Shown: positions 52,793-63,414, counted from the first letter of the stretch. The stretch: 64,000 bases of DNA from Candidatus Multivoradales bacterium (GCA_965223325.1 CBDCWI010000002.1:3200001-3264000), one strand, 5' to 3'. Program-made: numbers and translations. Notes: generated from the letters alone by a model not told the origin.

Positions 52793-53874
52793 CGCCGCTC
52801 CCCGTCAGTTTGCCGAGTTCGCCCTGGCAGCGCTTCTACGCTGCCATGCATCGACGGCGAAGACGCCTCCTGAGTGCACAGGCCGAGCGCCTCCCCTGCC
52901 CCCTCCTGAGCGTTGGAAACATCCACTGGGGGGGCGGTGGGAAGACCCCCTTGACGATCGCAATCGCCCGCCATCTGCGCGCCAATGGACAGCGGCCGGG
53001 CATCCTCTCTCGTGGCTACGGCCGCGAGGGGTCCGAACCCTTGTTGGTCAGTGACGGTGACGGGCCACTTCACCCGCCCCGCCTCACCGGTGATGAACCC
53101 TGGATGATGGCCGAGGCGCTCCCAGGCACCCGAATCGCAGTCGCTGGCAGGCGGGCCGAGGCCGGTCGCCTACTGCTGGCGCTCGAGGAACCGCCGAACG
53201 TCTTGATCCTCGACGACGGCTTCTCCCACGTTCACCTCGCGCGCGACCTCGACATTCTCGCCTTCCCCCTGGCTGACCCCCTGGCCTCCGGCCGCCTGTT
53301 GCCAGGCGGGCGCCTGCGCGAGCCCCTGGCTGCGGTCGCGCACGCCGACGCGGTGGTGTTGACGGGCATACCGCGAGGCACCAGAGCTGACGACGAGGGC
53401 AGCCCCTGGCCGAGCGATGGCAAGACCCTCGCGAAGGATCTGCGCGAGGTTGGGTTCGAGGGCCCCGGATTCACCAGCTACAGAAAGCTCGAGCTTCTCG
53501 AGTGCCAGGCAGAACCGTCGGCCGACATCGTACCGGCACCGGCACTGCTCGTTTCTGGTGTGGCGCGGCCGGCCGCTGTGAGGGAATCGGCTGAGTCCCT
53601 GGGAATCAGGGTCGTTGATCACCTCACCTTCAGAGACCACCACGCCTTCCCCGAACGCAGCCTGCGCAGAATCGAACGCAGCTTCGAAAGCGCCCGGGCC
53701 GACGGCGCTCGCTACGTTCTGACGACCACCAAGGACCGGGTCAAGCTCGCCGGCCGTCTGCAGGCTCCACTGGTCGAACTCGCCCTCGACAGCACCCCCG
53801 AGCCTGCCTTCTTCGCCTGGCTCGATTGCGCCCTGCAGGCAATCAGAGACGAACGGGCGAGAGGTGTCCCATGA
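52789..53874 (+). CDS. lpxK: Tetraacyldisaccharide 4'-kinase
   Basis: SVGNI..GG.GKTP, SRGYG, GDEP, LDDGF.H, GRLREP, DHH, T.KD.VK motifs. Confidence 0.96.
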   Translation: MTPLPVSLPSSPWQRFYAAMHRRRRRLLSAQAERLPCPLLSVGNIHWGGGGKTPLTIAIARHLRANGQRPGILSRGYGREGSEPLLVSDGDGPLHPPRLTGDEPWMMAEALPGTRIAVAGRRAEAGRLLLALEEPPNVLILDDGFSHVHLARDLDILAFPLADPLASGRLLPGGRLREPLAAVAHADAVVLTGIPRGTRADDEGSPWPSDGKTLAKDLREVGFEGPGFTSYRKLELLECQAEPSADIVPAPALLVSGVARPAAVRESAESLGIRVVDHLTFRDHHAFPERSLRRIERSFESARADGARYVLTTTKDRVKLAGRLQAPLVELALDSTPEPAFFAWLDCALQAIRDERARGVP

Positions 53875-54770
53875 AGGACGCCCCGGTACTCCATCGGCTG
53901 GAGTATGCAGTCTGGCTGCCGCTCCGATGGTTGATCACCGCCCTACCCATCGGACTGGTGCGCGCCCTCGGACGAACCCTGGGCCGGCTGTCGTTCTTTC
54001 TCCTACGCAAACGCCGCCGCATCGCCGAGGCCAACGTTGGGCGCGCCTTGCCCGAACTCTCGCCTGAGCGCCAGCGCGAAATCGCAAGACACTCTGCACA
54101 GGCGTTCGGGGAGTCGATGTTCGACGGCCTGGCCGCGACGCGCTACGACGCGCGAGCCCTTTGCCAGCGACTGTCGCTCGAGGGCTGGGAGAACCTCCAC
54201 ACCGCCAGGGCGGCCGGCAAAGGCATGATCATCGCGTCTGCCCATCTGGGATCCTGGGAAGTCGCCGCATGGACGCTGGGCCTTTCCGCCATGCCGATGA
54301 CCGTCGTTGGCCGCCATCCCGACAACCCATGGTTGCTCAGAGACATGTTGCAGCTCCGCGAGCGCTTCGGCAACACCATGGTCGGGCGACGGCGCGTCGG
54401 GCTCCGGCTCTATCGTCGGCTCATCGCGGGCGAGGCGGTTGGAATCATGATCGACCAGCGCGTCCACCCGGACGAAGGCGTCGAAGTCGAGCTGTTTGGC
54501 CACCGCACCTGGGCATCTCCACTCGCCGCCTACCTGTCGCTGCGAACCGGTGCGCCGCTGGTCGGCATCTATGCCATCGCTCAGCCCGGAGGCCGCTGGT
54601 GCGTCTGGACTTCGAAGCCGATCTTCCCGGTTGGGGACTACAAGAGCGAAGACGACCAGGCGAGACTGACCCGGCAGTACCTCCGGCAGGTCGTCGAAAC
54701 AGAGGTGCGACGCAACCCCGGGCGCTGGTTATGGATGCACGATCGGTGGCGGGACCAAAGGCCGAGTTGA
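53871..54770 (+). CDS. Lipid A late acyltransferase (LpxL/HtrB family)
   Basis: AHLGSWE, MIDQ, WLWMHDRW motifs. Confidence 0.92.
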   Translation: MKDAPVLHRLEYAVWLPLRWLITALPIGLVRALGRTLGRLSFFLLRKRRRIAEANVGRALPELSPERQREIARHSAQAFGESMFDGLAATRYDARALCQRLSLEGWENLHTARAAGKGMIIASAHLGSWEVAAWTLGLSAMPMTVVGRHPDNPWLLRDMLQLRERFGNTMVGRRRVGLRLYRRLIAGEAVGIMIDQRVHPDEGVEVELFGHRTWASPLAAYLSLRTGAPLVGIYAIAQPGGRWCVWTSKPIFPVGDYKSEDDQARLTRQYLRQVVETEVRRNPGRWLWMHDRWRDQRPS

Positions 54771-54788
54771 TGGGCGGGCCAAGTGGGC

Positions 54789-55316
54789 CTACTCCAATTC
54801 GAACAGCCGATCCCCACCTTCAACGGCTTGGCCTGGCTCAACGAAGAGCTTCTTGACCACACCGTCGGCTTCGGCTTCGATTTCGTTCTCCATCTTCATC
54901 GCCTCGAGAACCAGCACCCCCTGCCCTGCCTCGACGGTCGCACCTTCTTCGACCAACAAGGTGACCACCCGCCCGGGCATCATGGCGAACGCGACTTTGG
55001 CGCCCTGGGCTCCTGCGCCGCCACCCGCTTCGGCAGCCAGGTGGGTGAGGGGATCCGACACCTGCACCACGGTGTCTTCGCCGCACATCGCGACCCGGTA
55101 GGCATCACCCGCGAAGGGCGACCGTTCCGGGAGCACCGCAACCTCGACCTGCTGACCGTCGATCAGGAGGCTGCGCACGACGCCGTTGCCGGCGTAGTCG
55201 ACCTCGTAGCTACGCGGACCCTCCTCGTCCTCGAGCGAGACTTTGAAGCGACCCGGTGCCAGAACACGAACCCTGGCCCGCGCTTCGCGGTCGCCAGCTG
55301 CAAGAAACCAGTCCAT
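54789..55316 (-). CDS. Biotin carboxyl carrier protein
   Basis: MPGRVV and LEAMKMENEI motifs. Confidence 0.95.
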   Translation of the reverse strand: MDWFLAAGDREARARVRVLAPGRFKVSLEDEEGPRSYEVDYAGNGVVRSLLIDGQQVEVAVLPERSPFAGDAYRVAMCGEDTVVQVSDPLTHLAAEAGGGAGAQGAKVAFAMMPGRVVTLLVEEGATVEAGQGVLVLEAMKMENEIEAEADGVVKKLFVEPGQAVEGGDRLFELE

Positions 55317-55387
55317 CAGCTCCGCTCCTCCCGCTGGTCAACACTGTCCGGCTTCGGCTGCATCCTCTTCCGCGCACCAGAGCTCAT
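55316..55387 (-). CDS. 23-aa bridging mini-ORF
   Basis: MSSGARKRMQPKPDSVDQREERS*; ATGA overlap with the upstream stop and TGATG overlap with the downstream start. Confidence 0.4.
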   Translation of the reverse strand: MSSGARKRMQPKPDSVDQREERS

Positions 55388-56928
55388 CGGAGCGCCTCAG
55401 ACCGCGCCCTCTGGCGCCACCGCTGCCTGAGTCCCGCCCCACGCGTGGGATCTTCGAACGACACATCGCGGGCCGGCTTGCCGACGTGGGCGAGAACCGC
55501 CGCGATCATCGCCAGGTCACCCTGACTGGCGGCTCCGTTGGTGGAACCGTCGCCGTTCGACTCGGGTCCCAGGGCGCCAGAACCGAGCTTGCGGTCCAGC
55601 ATGCCGATGTCCATCTGGGCGCTCCGAAAGTCCGAATCGGCAAGCAGCGCCCTGAAGAGCGGCACCGTCGTGCGAATACCTTCGATACGAAGTTCGTCGA
55701 GGGCCCGCCCGAGCCGCGCCATCGCAACATCACGATTGGAACCATGGACGATCAACTTGGCAAGCATCGGGTCGTAATGAATCGACACTTCGCTTCCCTG
55801 AACGACGCCGCTATCGGTGCGCACTCCCGGCCCCTCCGGCCAACGCAAATGCTCGATCCGCCCGGGCGAGGGCGCGAAGTTGCGCCACGGATCCTCGGCG
55901 TAGATGCGCACCTCGATTGCATGTCCACGCGGCTCGAGGTCGCTCCAGGCCTCCGGTAACTCGCGACCCTCGGCGATATCGAGCTGGGCATGCACGAGAT
56001 CGATGCCGGTGACAGCCTCAGTGACGGGATGCTCCACCTGAAGCCGAGTGTTCATCTCTAGGAAATAGAAGTCACCGTCGGCATCGAGCAAGAACTCGAT
56101 GGTGCCTGCGCCTTCGTAGGCCACGGCTTTGGCAGCGCGCACTGCCGCCTCCCCCATGCGACGGCGCAGGCCACGATCGACGACCATCGATGGCGCCTCC
56201 TCGACGACTTTCTGGTGACGTCGCTGCAATGAACATTCGCGCTCGCCGAGCGAAACGACGTTGCCCGCCTGATCGCCGAGGATCTGGATCTCCACGTGAC
56301 GGGGATCGACCACGAAGCGCTCGACGTAGACCGCGGCGTCGCCGAAGCTCGCGCCGGCCTCAGACGTCGCGGCCCGGTAAGCGGCGGCCATCTCGTCGGC
56401 CGACTGCACCAGGCGCATCCCCTTGCCTCCACCCCCGGCCGACGCCTTGAGCATCACCGGATAGCCAATCTCGGCCGCAGCAGACTCCGCCGCCTGGGCG
56501 TCGGCCAAGGGCTCGGTTCCACCTGGAACAACTGGCACCCCGGCATCGATCATCAGCTTGCGGCTGGCGATCTTCGAGCCCATCGCTTCAATCGACTCGG
56601 GCGACGGACCGATGAACACCAGCCCAGCGTCGCGGCAAGCGCGCGAAAACGTCGCCCGCTCGGAAAGGAAGCCGTAGCCCGGATGAATCGCATCCGCCCC
56701 GATGCGAAGCGCAAGCGCGACGATGTCGTCGGCTTTCAAGTAGCTCTCCGTTGAGGGCGCAGGGCCCAGACACCAGGCTTCGTCAGCAAGCGCGACGTGA
56801 AGCGCATCGCGGTCGGCTTCCGAATACACCGCGACCGAACGCACATCGCGCTCTCGGAGGGCACGAATCACACGCACTGCGATCTCGCCTCGGTTGGCGA
56901 TCAATACCTTTCCAAGCGATCCACTCAT
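55384..56928 (-). CDS. Biotin carboxylase subunit of an acyl-CoA carboxylase
   Basis: ANRGEIA, HPGYGFLSE, GGGGKGM, QRRHQK, EMNTRLQVEH motifs. Confidence 0.96.
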   Translation of the reverse strand: MSGSLGKVLIANRGEIAVRVIRALRERDVRSVAVYSEADRDALHVALADEAWCLGPAPSTESYLKADDIVALALRIGADAIHPGYGFLSERATFSRACRDAGLVFIGPSPESIEAMGSKIASRKLMIDAGVPVVPGGTEPLADAQAAESAAAEIGYPVMLKASAGGGGKGMRLVQSADEMAAAYRAATSEAGASFGDAAVYVERFVVDPRHVEIQILGDQAGNVVSLGERECSLQRRHQKVVEEAPSMVVDRGLRRRMGEAAVRAAKAVAYEGAGTIEFLLDADGDFYFLEMNTRLQVEHPVTEAVTGIDLVHAQLDIAEGRELPEAWSDLEPRGHAIEVRIYAEDPWRNFAPSPGRIEHLRWPEGPGVRTDSGVVQGSEVSIHYDPMLAKLIVHGSNRDVAMARLGRALDELRIEGIRTTVPLFRALLADSDFRSAQMDIGMLDRKLGSGALGPESNGDGSTNGAASQGDLAMIAAVLAHVGKPARDVSFEDPTRGAGLRQRWRQRARSEALR

Positions 56929-57038
56929 AGGAGGCGGCTACCGTTTCTGGGTTGGTGAGAACCCTGGATTGTCGATCTCGGGGAGCCGTCATTCTTCCCT
57001 ACCTCGACCTGCCCGGCAAACACCCTATCTCTGGGACC

Positions 57039-59474
57039 TCAGTCGAGGCGTCGCGCCAGAAGTGGAAGTAGGGCTAGGCCAAGGAGCCCTAGGATCGAGA
57101 TCCCGACGGCGCGCTCTAACCGCACGCGGTCCGTGTGGATCTCGAGCTGGTGTTTGCCAGCCGGTACTTCAACCGCCAAGCGGGTCATATTGGCGATCTC
57201 GATCGGCACGGACTGTCCGTCGATCTTGGCGCGATAGAGCGGCAGGTAGGCCCGCTTCCACACCAGGACGGCCGGGCCTGGACTCTCGGTTTCGACCACG
57301 ATGGACTCCGGGCCACGAGCTCGTACCGAGATACTCGTATCGAGGTGTGGTTGGGGCCCAGACGAATCGCCCGCTGGACCCGGCAAGACGACTTGCCGCC
57401 GAGGATCAAACCCCGGTTTCGCCAGCGTGGCGAGTGCGGCGTTCATGTGCGGCGCCCGAATCACCTCGGTGACCAGCTCCAGCTCGCGCGCCGCTCCTTC
57501 GATCTCCCAGACGTAGGCCCAGACTCCAAAGGCGCGCCGTTTCGCCCGCAGCCTCACCATCGGCTCGGCGTCCGGGGCTGGACGCCGATCGATCACGACC
57601 AGGTCGTCTCCTAGCGCGCGCAGCAGGCGGATGCGCCCGGCGTCGTCAAGGACGTTCTCTAGAGCCTGCGAGACCGAATGGGTCAGGAAGGAGTCGAGCG
57701 CTTCGGGAGACGTGTTGAAGTCATAGCGCACACCGTGAAGCGCGCCAATGAACGGATAGAGCTCCTCAAAGCCGCGGCGTTGGATCCAGTGCAGGCTGGG
57801 GTCTGGATAGTCCGGCAACTCATTTGAATCGCCGGCGCCAAAGGCGCTATTGACACCACCGTGGAAGACCAGCTCACCCGGCTCGACTGCACTCAGAAGC
57901 TCTGGAACATGGCCGAGGTAGAGGGCTGAGTCCTCGGTCAGCATTGCCGGCTGGATGAGGAGAGTCTGGGCGGTGACATGCAGCGCCAAGAGCATCGCGC
58001 TACCCAGCGCGCGCCGACGTTGGCCGAGATAGGCCGCACCCAGGAGGAGTAGCACCAGAACCACGGACACCAAACCGATCTGGGCGATGCGTTGGGTCTC
58101 CCAGGCCGGAAGTGAATCAGGAAGAAACGACGACATGTTCTCGGCCACCCAGCCTTCGATCCAGTGCGAGCGGAATCGAGCCATGGCCCAGATGCCGACA
58201 AACACCGCCAAGAGTGCAGCGAGCGCTGCGTAGAGCCGCGACCAGCGCGCCTCTTCGCCCACAGGTTGCCTGCCAACCGTCCGCTCCCAGCCCAGGGCGA
58301 CAAGAACAGAGACTCCGATCGCGATCGACAGCCAGAACTTGATCGGAAAACGCAGCAGTCCGACACCGCTTGTCTTGATCAGCCACTGAATGCCCGGGTT
58401 GTAGCTGCCGGTCGCGATGAAGCCTCCAACCAGGCAGGTCAACCACGCAAAGCGGCGGGCGGCGACCAGCTCATTCGGTTGGCCTGGACCGGCACGCAGT
58501 GAGAGGCCCGAGCAGGCGACGAGCGCGAGCACCAGAATCCCTGGATAGAGCGTAAGGAAGAGCGGTTCCACCGTGTCGTAGAAGCTGCGGCCCCAGAGCA
58601 TGAGATCGGGCCGCCCGAACAGCATCGGAACAAACCACTCGAGGGCAAGCACCGGGTTGAAGCTGGCGACCAGAGCCCAGCGCTCGCTGAAGCCCCACAA
58701 ACCGCGAAACGAAGCGTCCATCGTGCGGACGAACTCGAACAGCTGTGGCGCCGCAAGCATGCTGCCGGCGACTCCGGCGGCTAGCGACAAGCTCAAGCCC
58801 CGGAAGTTGCACCAGGAGGGTCTGAAGTGACCCTTGACCAGAAGGGCCGCGCATCCCAGGCCGAGGGCCTGCAGACATGTCATGGGGTCGCCGGCTACCA
58901 GCGCCAGTCCCCAAACCACCGCTAAGAACACGGCACTCGCGCCGCGCCGGCGCCAGGTCAAACTCCCGTCCGCGGCCCACAACATTCCGGCCACCACCGC
59001 CGGTGTGAGCGCCGCGCCGGCGACGAGGTTGTGAAAGTTGAGCTGCGAGTAGAAGAAGCCCCCAGTGGCATAGGTAACGCCCATCGCCCAGGAAGCGCCG
59101 CGACTGAGCCCCAGGGCGCGACCCAGAAACATCCCGAACAGCGGCGCCAGAAGAACGTGAACCCAGAAGCGCACATTGAGAGTCCACATTGGACTGAAGA
59201 AGCGTAGAAGAAGGGTGTCGGGATAGAGCACCGAGGTGTTCGGGTTGCCCAACGCCGCCTGGCCAGCGCCACGCGACAGGTCGACCAACGGAATGTAGCC
59301 GTCTCTGAGCGCCTCGGCCTGGTGGGCCTTCATCGGCAGGTGCGAGTTGAAAACGTCGCGCACGAACAACGTCTCAGTCCCGAGAATCAAGGGCAGGAAG
59401 GTCACCAGCAGCAAGACGTAAGCCGGTACGAAGTAGTACCAGGACTTCTGCCCGATCGAACGTGACGTAGACAT
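57039..59474 (-). CDS. YfhO-like polytopic membrane protein (putative GT-C glycosyltransferase)
   Basis: RD..N...P, G.IPL, GQAALGNP..LYP, many TM segments, C-terminal AVEVPAGKH. Confidence 0.8.
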   Translation of the reverse strand: MSTSRSIGQKSWYYFVPAYVLLLVTFLPLILGTETLFVRDVFNSHLPMKAHQAEALRDGYIPLVDLSRGAGQAALGNPNTSVLYPDTLLLRFFSPMWTLNVRFWVHVLLAPLFGMFLGRALGLSRGASWAMGVTYATGGFFYSQLNFHNLVAGAALTPAVVAGMLWAADGSLTWRRRGASAVFLAVVWGLALVAGDPMTCLQALGLGCAALLVKGHFRPSWCNFRGLSLSLAAGVAGSMLAAPQLFEFVRTMDASFRGLWGFSERWALVASFNPVLALEWFVPMLFGRPDLMLWGRSFYDTVEPLFLTLYPGILVLALVACSGLSLRAGPGQPNELVAARRFAWLTCLVGGFIATGSYNPGIQWLIKTSGVGLLRFPIKFWLSIAIGVSVLVALGWERTVGRQPVGEEARWSRLYAALAALLAVFVGIWAMARFRSHWIEGWVAENMSSFLPDSLPAWETQRIAQIGLVSVVLVLLLLGAAYLGQRRRALGSAMLLALHVTAQTLLIQPAMLTEDSALYLGHVPELLSAVEPGELVFHGGVNSAFGAGDSNELPDYPDPSLHWIQRRGFEELYPFIGALHGVRYDFNTSPEALDSFLTHSVSQALENVLDDAGRIRLLRALGDDLVVIDRRPAPDAEPMVRLRAKRRAFGVWAYVWEIEGAARELELVTEVIRAPHMNAALATLAKPGFDPRRQVVLPGPAGDSSGPQPHLDTSISVRARGPESIVVETESPGPAVLVWKRAYLPLYRAKIDGQSVPIEIANMTRLAVEVPAGKHQLEIHTDRVRLERAVGISILGLLGLALLPLLARRLD

Positions 59475-59612
59475 GGAAGGGTTTCCCCAGGAGGTCGGGA
59501 GGGGCGCGCGCAAAAGCACCGGGGCGTGACGTGCGGGAACACATCAGCGAAGCGACGAGCTTTTTCGGTCAAAGCGTCCTCTTCGGACGCCGCGGTGAAT
59601 CATAATCGGCCC

Positions 59613-60476
59613 GTGGCCCCTCACCTAACAGCGCTGCGCCCACACCAGTGGGTCAAGAACGTTTTCGTGCTCGCACCGCTGGTCTTCGCGCGCGTCCTCG
59701 ATCAGCCTGAGTACGCCTGGCGTGGGGCGGTTGCCTTCGTCGCCTTCTGCTGTGTGGCCAGCGCGGTCTACCTTTTCAACGACTACCGCGATCGCGAGAA
59801 GGACCGGCTGCATCCCATCAAGCGCAACCGTCCGATCGCCTCCGGCAAGGTGTCGACTGGTAGCGCGGCGATCATGGCGGCCGTCTTGATTGCCATCGCC
59901 TTCGGTCTCAGTACCCTTCTACCGCGGCCCTTTCTGTGGGTCCTTGGTAGCTACCTGGCCCTCAACACCGCCTACACGCTGTGGCTCAAGCAGCTGGTCA
60001 TTCTCGATGTCATGTCGGTCGCCTTTTGCTACCTGCTGCGCGTGCAGGCCGGTGCGGCGGCGATTGAGGTCGAGGTCTCGAACTGGCTCCTCTTGTGCAC
60101 CGGCGCGCTCGCACTCTTCCTGGCGTTCTCCAAACGTCGTCACGAGCTGATGCTGATGGCGGAGAAGTCCGGTAGCCGGGAGGTCCTCTCGCACTATGGC
60201 GCGACCTTCTTGGATCAGATGATCAACGTGGTCACCACCTCGAGCCTGCTCGGCTACGTTCTCTACACGGTTGACGAAACCACCGTTCTGAAGTTCGGAA
60301 CCGACCGGCTGGTCCTCACCACACCGTTTGTTCTTTTCGGGATCTTCCGCTATCTCTACCTCATCTACCAGAAGACCTCCGACCGCAACCCGACCGAGGC
60401 GCTGGTCAAGGACCTGCCGTTTGTCATCAACATGGTTCTTTGGGCGGTCGCCGTCCTGGCGATTCTCTATCACTGA
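59613..60476 (+). CDS. Decaprenyl-phosphate phosphoribosyltransferase-like protein (UbiA family)
   Basis: LRPHQWVKN, YLFND..D...DRLHP.KR.RPIASG, KRRHE motifs. GTG 59613 follows CATAAT by 6 nt. Confidence 0.9.
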   Translation: MAPHLTALRPHQWVKNVFVLAPLVFARVLDQPEYAWRGAVAFVAFCCVASAVYLFNDYRDREKDRLHPIKRNRPIASGKVSTGSAAIMAAVLIAIAFGLSTLLPRPFLWVLGSYLALNTAYTLWLKQLVILDVMSVAFCYLLRVQAGAAAIEVEVSNWLLLCTGALALFLAFSKRRHELMLMAEKSGSREVLSHYGATFLDQMINVVTTSSLLGYVLYTVDETTVLKFGTDRLVLTTPFVLFGIFRYLYLIYQKTSDRNPTEALVKDLPFVINMVLWAVAVLAILYH

Positions 60477-60503
60477 CCACTCTCGCACGCCCCCGCTACC
60501 GTC

Positions 60504-61619
60504 CTAGCGCTTGAACGCGAGGACCCCTTCGATGACGGCGTCCACCTCGGCGGCTTCGAGTTCCGGAAACAGCGGCAGCGCCAGGACCTCGGTCGCCGCT
60601 CTGCTGGCGGCGGGAAAGGACTGGCCACGGTGCGCCTCGGCGACCGCCGGCTGGTCGGCCACCGTGCGGGGATAGTGCACCGCACTGCCAATGCCGGCTT
60701 CGGCAAGATGGTTCTGCAACGCGTCGCGGTGCGAAGACCGCAACACGAACAGGTGATGGGCGGAGCGCGCGTAGGCCGGCTCATCGAGCAAGGTCAAACC
60801 AGGCTGACCGTTGAAAGCCTCCCGGTAGCGCTTGACGATGCTGGTGCGGGAACGGTTGGCTTCATCGAGCAGAGCCAGGCGACAGTGCAGAACCGCTGCC
60901 TGCAGGGCATCGAGCCGACTGTTCGTTCCGATCTCACCATGGAGATAGCGGCCGATCTGCCCGTGGTTCGCAAGCGAGCGCACCCGCGCCACCACTTCCG
61001 GATCGCCGGAGGTCACCGCCCCGCCGTCACCGAAGCAACCGAGGTTCTTCGATGGATAGAACGACCATGACGCCGCCCGCCCCAGGGTGCCGGCCGCTCT
61101 TTCCTGGCCATCGGCAGAGACGATGGACGCGCCGTGGGCTTGCGCTGCGTCTTCGACCCACAAGATCCCGTGTTCGAGGCAGAAGTCATCGACAGCGGGC
61201 CCGTTCATTGGCAGCCCGTAGAGGTGGACGCCAACCAGAGCCCGGGTTCGTTCGCTGACTGAGGCCTCGGCGGCAGCCAGGTCGAGGAGAAGAGTGCCAG
61301 GCTCGACATCGACGAGTACCGGGGTCGCGCCGGCCAGTGCGACCGACTCGTAGGTGGCGAAGAAGGTAAAGGCTGGTACCAGGACTTCGTCTCCAGGGCC
61401 GATTCCCAAGGCCTTGAGAGCCAGGGTCAGCGCATCGGTACCGTTGCCCACCCCAACGCAAGCGGCGGCACCAACGTACCGAGCGAAGGAGCGCTCGAAC
61501 TCGGCGACTTCTTCTCCAAGAACGAACGCCGTGTTGGCGAGCAGATCCTGCCAGCGGACAAGCAGATCTTTTTCGATGCGGTCACGGGCCCGCTCGAGGT
61601 TGAAGACAGGGACGCGCAA
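60504..61619 (-). CDS. DegT/DnrJ/EryC1/StrS family sugar aminotransferase
   Basis: NGTDAL, VHLYG, EDAAQAHG, SFYPSKNLG, NSRLDALQA motifs. TTG 61619 has a GGAGAA SD. Confidence 0.95.
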   Translation of the reverse strand: MRVPVFNLERARDRIEKDLLVRWQDLLANTAFVLGEEVAEFERSFARYVGAAACVGVGNGTDALTLALKALGIGPGDEVLVPAFTFFATYESVALAGATPVLVDVEPGTLLLDLAAAEASVSERTRALVGVHLYGLPMNGPAVDDFCLEHGILWVEDAAQAHGASIVSADGQERAAGTLGRAASWSFYPSKNLGCFGDGGAVTSGDPEVVARVRSLANHGQIGRYLHGEIGTNSRLDALQAAVLHCRLALLDEANRSRTSIVKRYREAFNGQPGLTLLDEPAYARSAHHLFVLRSSHRDALQNHLAEAGIGSAVHYPRTVADQPAVAEAHRGQSFPAASRAATEVLALPLFPELEAAEVDAVIEGVLAFKR

Positions 61620-61845
61620 TGTTGATTCTCCAGCTGAGCCCAAACGCCAGGCGTTCGAAAGCGGTGGAACCTTGGCGCCGAACCGCGCCTGGCGTGTCCG
61701 GCGTTGCGCAGGGTACACCGCGCAGGCCCGAATCGTTTCCCTTGAAACCCTAGAAGGTGTAGGATTCCCTCGGCGTCGCCCAAGATCGCTGTCGACACTT
61801 CGCACCCACCCTCCGCTGAGCCCACTCGCGCCCCGTTCCCTCCCG

Positions 61846-63345
61846 ATGGCAAGTTTTCCTCCCCACCAATCTCGGCTGAGAACTGCCGCTCGGACAGCGC
61901 TGTACGGCAGCCTGATCCTCGTCGGCCTCACCGCCTCGAGTCTCTTGCCTCTGACGCGCACGACCTTGCGGGCCGCGGTCGACTCTGGGTGGTACGCGGT
62001 GGCCTGGGAGGACCTGCCCGAGGTCGAGCGCTTCCAGTCGCTCCTCCAGATCGACACGACGCCGAGCGGGTCCGAACTCGCTGCTGCGGAGTGGTTGGCC
62101 GGCGAGCTCGAAGCCGTCGGTATCGAGACCCACATCAAGCCGATGCCCGGCCATCGAGCAAATTTGTGGGCGATTCTCGAGGGCGAGGACCGGCAAGCCA
62201 TCGTGCTCGCCAACCACCTCGACACCGAACCGGTGATCTCGCCCGAGGCATGGGTTCACCACCCGTTCTCAGGCGCCATCGACAAGCCCTGGGTGTACGG
62301 CCGCGGCGCCTTCGACATGAAGAGCGTCACCATCGCTCAGCTCGAAGCCATGCTCGCCGCGAAGAGGCGAAGTGACGAGATCGGTCGACTTCCCTCCAGG
62401 TCTCTGATCTTTCTCGCCACCAGCAGCGAAGAGACCGGTAGCGACCTCGGGGCGCCGTACCTGCTGGCGCAATACCCCGAGCTCACCGAACGGTTTGGGG
62501 CCGTGCTTACCGAAGGCGGCGTCTTCGAAGGGACCGAGCGCGGCAAGACCAAGTACTGGGGACACTCCTTCGCGCAGAAGAAGTTCGTTCAGGTCTGGGC
62601 TTGTAGCGCCAATCGTGAGCGCCTCGAAGACTTCGTCGAGGACATGAGGACCATCGGCCGCTCGGGAGTCCCCCGCAAGCCGACCCCTGAGGTGCTCACC
62701 TTCATCGAGCGCTATCGAGACACGCGTCAGAATCCCACTCACCGGCGGGGGCTCGAACAGGCGGGAATCCTGTGGCGCGATATCAAGCGATTCGACAAGC
62801 TCCCGCGCTACCAGAAGGCCCTCTTCCGTCCCGAAGCGGCTGTTTTTCCGGTGGTCGAACACGCACCCGGCGAATATCGCGTCCGCGTCTCGGTGCATGT
62901 TCTTCCCGGGCAGTCCGCAGACGAGGCAGTCGAGAGCCTGGTTCCAGAATGGGCGACCTGGGGACTCGCCCTCGAGATCGAAGACCCTGGTGTCGCGCCA
63001 CATGGCAGCCCCTGGAGCGGCGAAGTCCCCGAGGCCATCGAGAGGGCGATCGAGAACCGCTACGGTCCGGTGCCGCAGGGACCCTACTTCTTGTCGTTCT
63101 ATGCCAACGACTCACGCTTCTACCGCGCCGATGGGATTCCGTCTTACGGGTTCACACCGTTCCAGCTGATGTCCACCGACTCGCTGCGCATGGGGATGAC
63201 CAACGAGCGCCTCTCGCTGCCGGAGTTTGCCGAGGGCGTTGCGCTCTATCGCCAGCTGATTCTCGACCTGCTCGATCTCGCGCCGTCGGAATCACCGCAA
63301 GAAAGCTGGCCTCCCGGACCAGCTGACAAACAAGGCACGAGTTGA
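61846..63345 (+). CDS. M20/M25/M40 family metallopeptidase-like protein, N-terminally anchored
   Basis: NHLD, YGRGAFDMK, SEETG, TEGG motifs. Confidence 0.85.
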   Translation: MASFPPHQSRLRTAARTALYGSLILVGLTASSLLPLTRTTLRAAVDSGWYAVAWEDLPEVERFQSLLQIDTTPSGSELAAAEWLAGELEAVGIETHIKPMPGHRANLWAILEGEDRQAIVLANHLDTEPVISPEAWVHHPFSGAIDKPWVYGRGAFDMKSVTIAQLEAMLAAKRRSDEIGRLPSRSLIFLATSSEETGSDLGAPYLLAQYPELTERFGAVLTEGGVFEGTERGKTKYWGHSFAQKKFVQVWACSANRERLEDFVEDMRTIGRSGVPRKPTPEVLTFIERYRDTRQNPTHRRGLEQAGILWRDIKRFDKLPRYQKALFRPEAAVFPVVEHAPGEYRVRVSVHVLPGQSADEAVESLVPEWATWGLALEIEDPGVAPHGSPWSGEVPEAIERAIENRYGPVPQGPYFLSFYANDSRFYRADGIPSYGFTPFQLMSTDSLRMGMTNERLSLPEFAEGVALYRQLILDLLDLAPSESPQESWPPGPADKQGTS

Positions 63346-63414
63346 GCGTCATTTCTTGTCACTTTCGCGGTCTATGGGCCACCGAAACTCAACAAAACCG
63401 GGCTTTTCCGAGGT

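Noticed and set aside
56929-57038. Relay ORF before biotin carboxylase
   Set aside because: The ORF from 56992 runs past the start codon out of frame; another counter-example.
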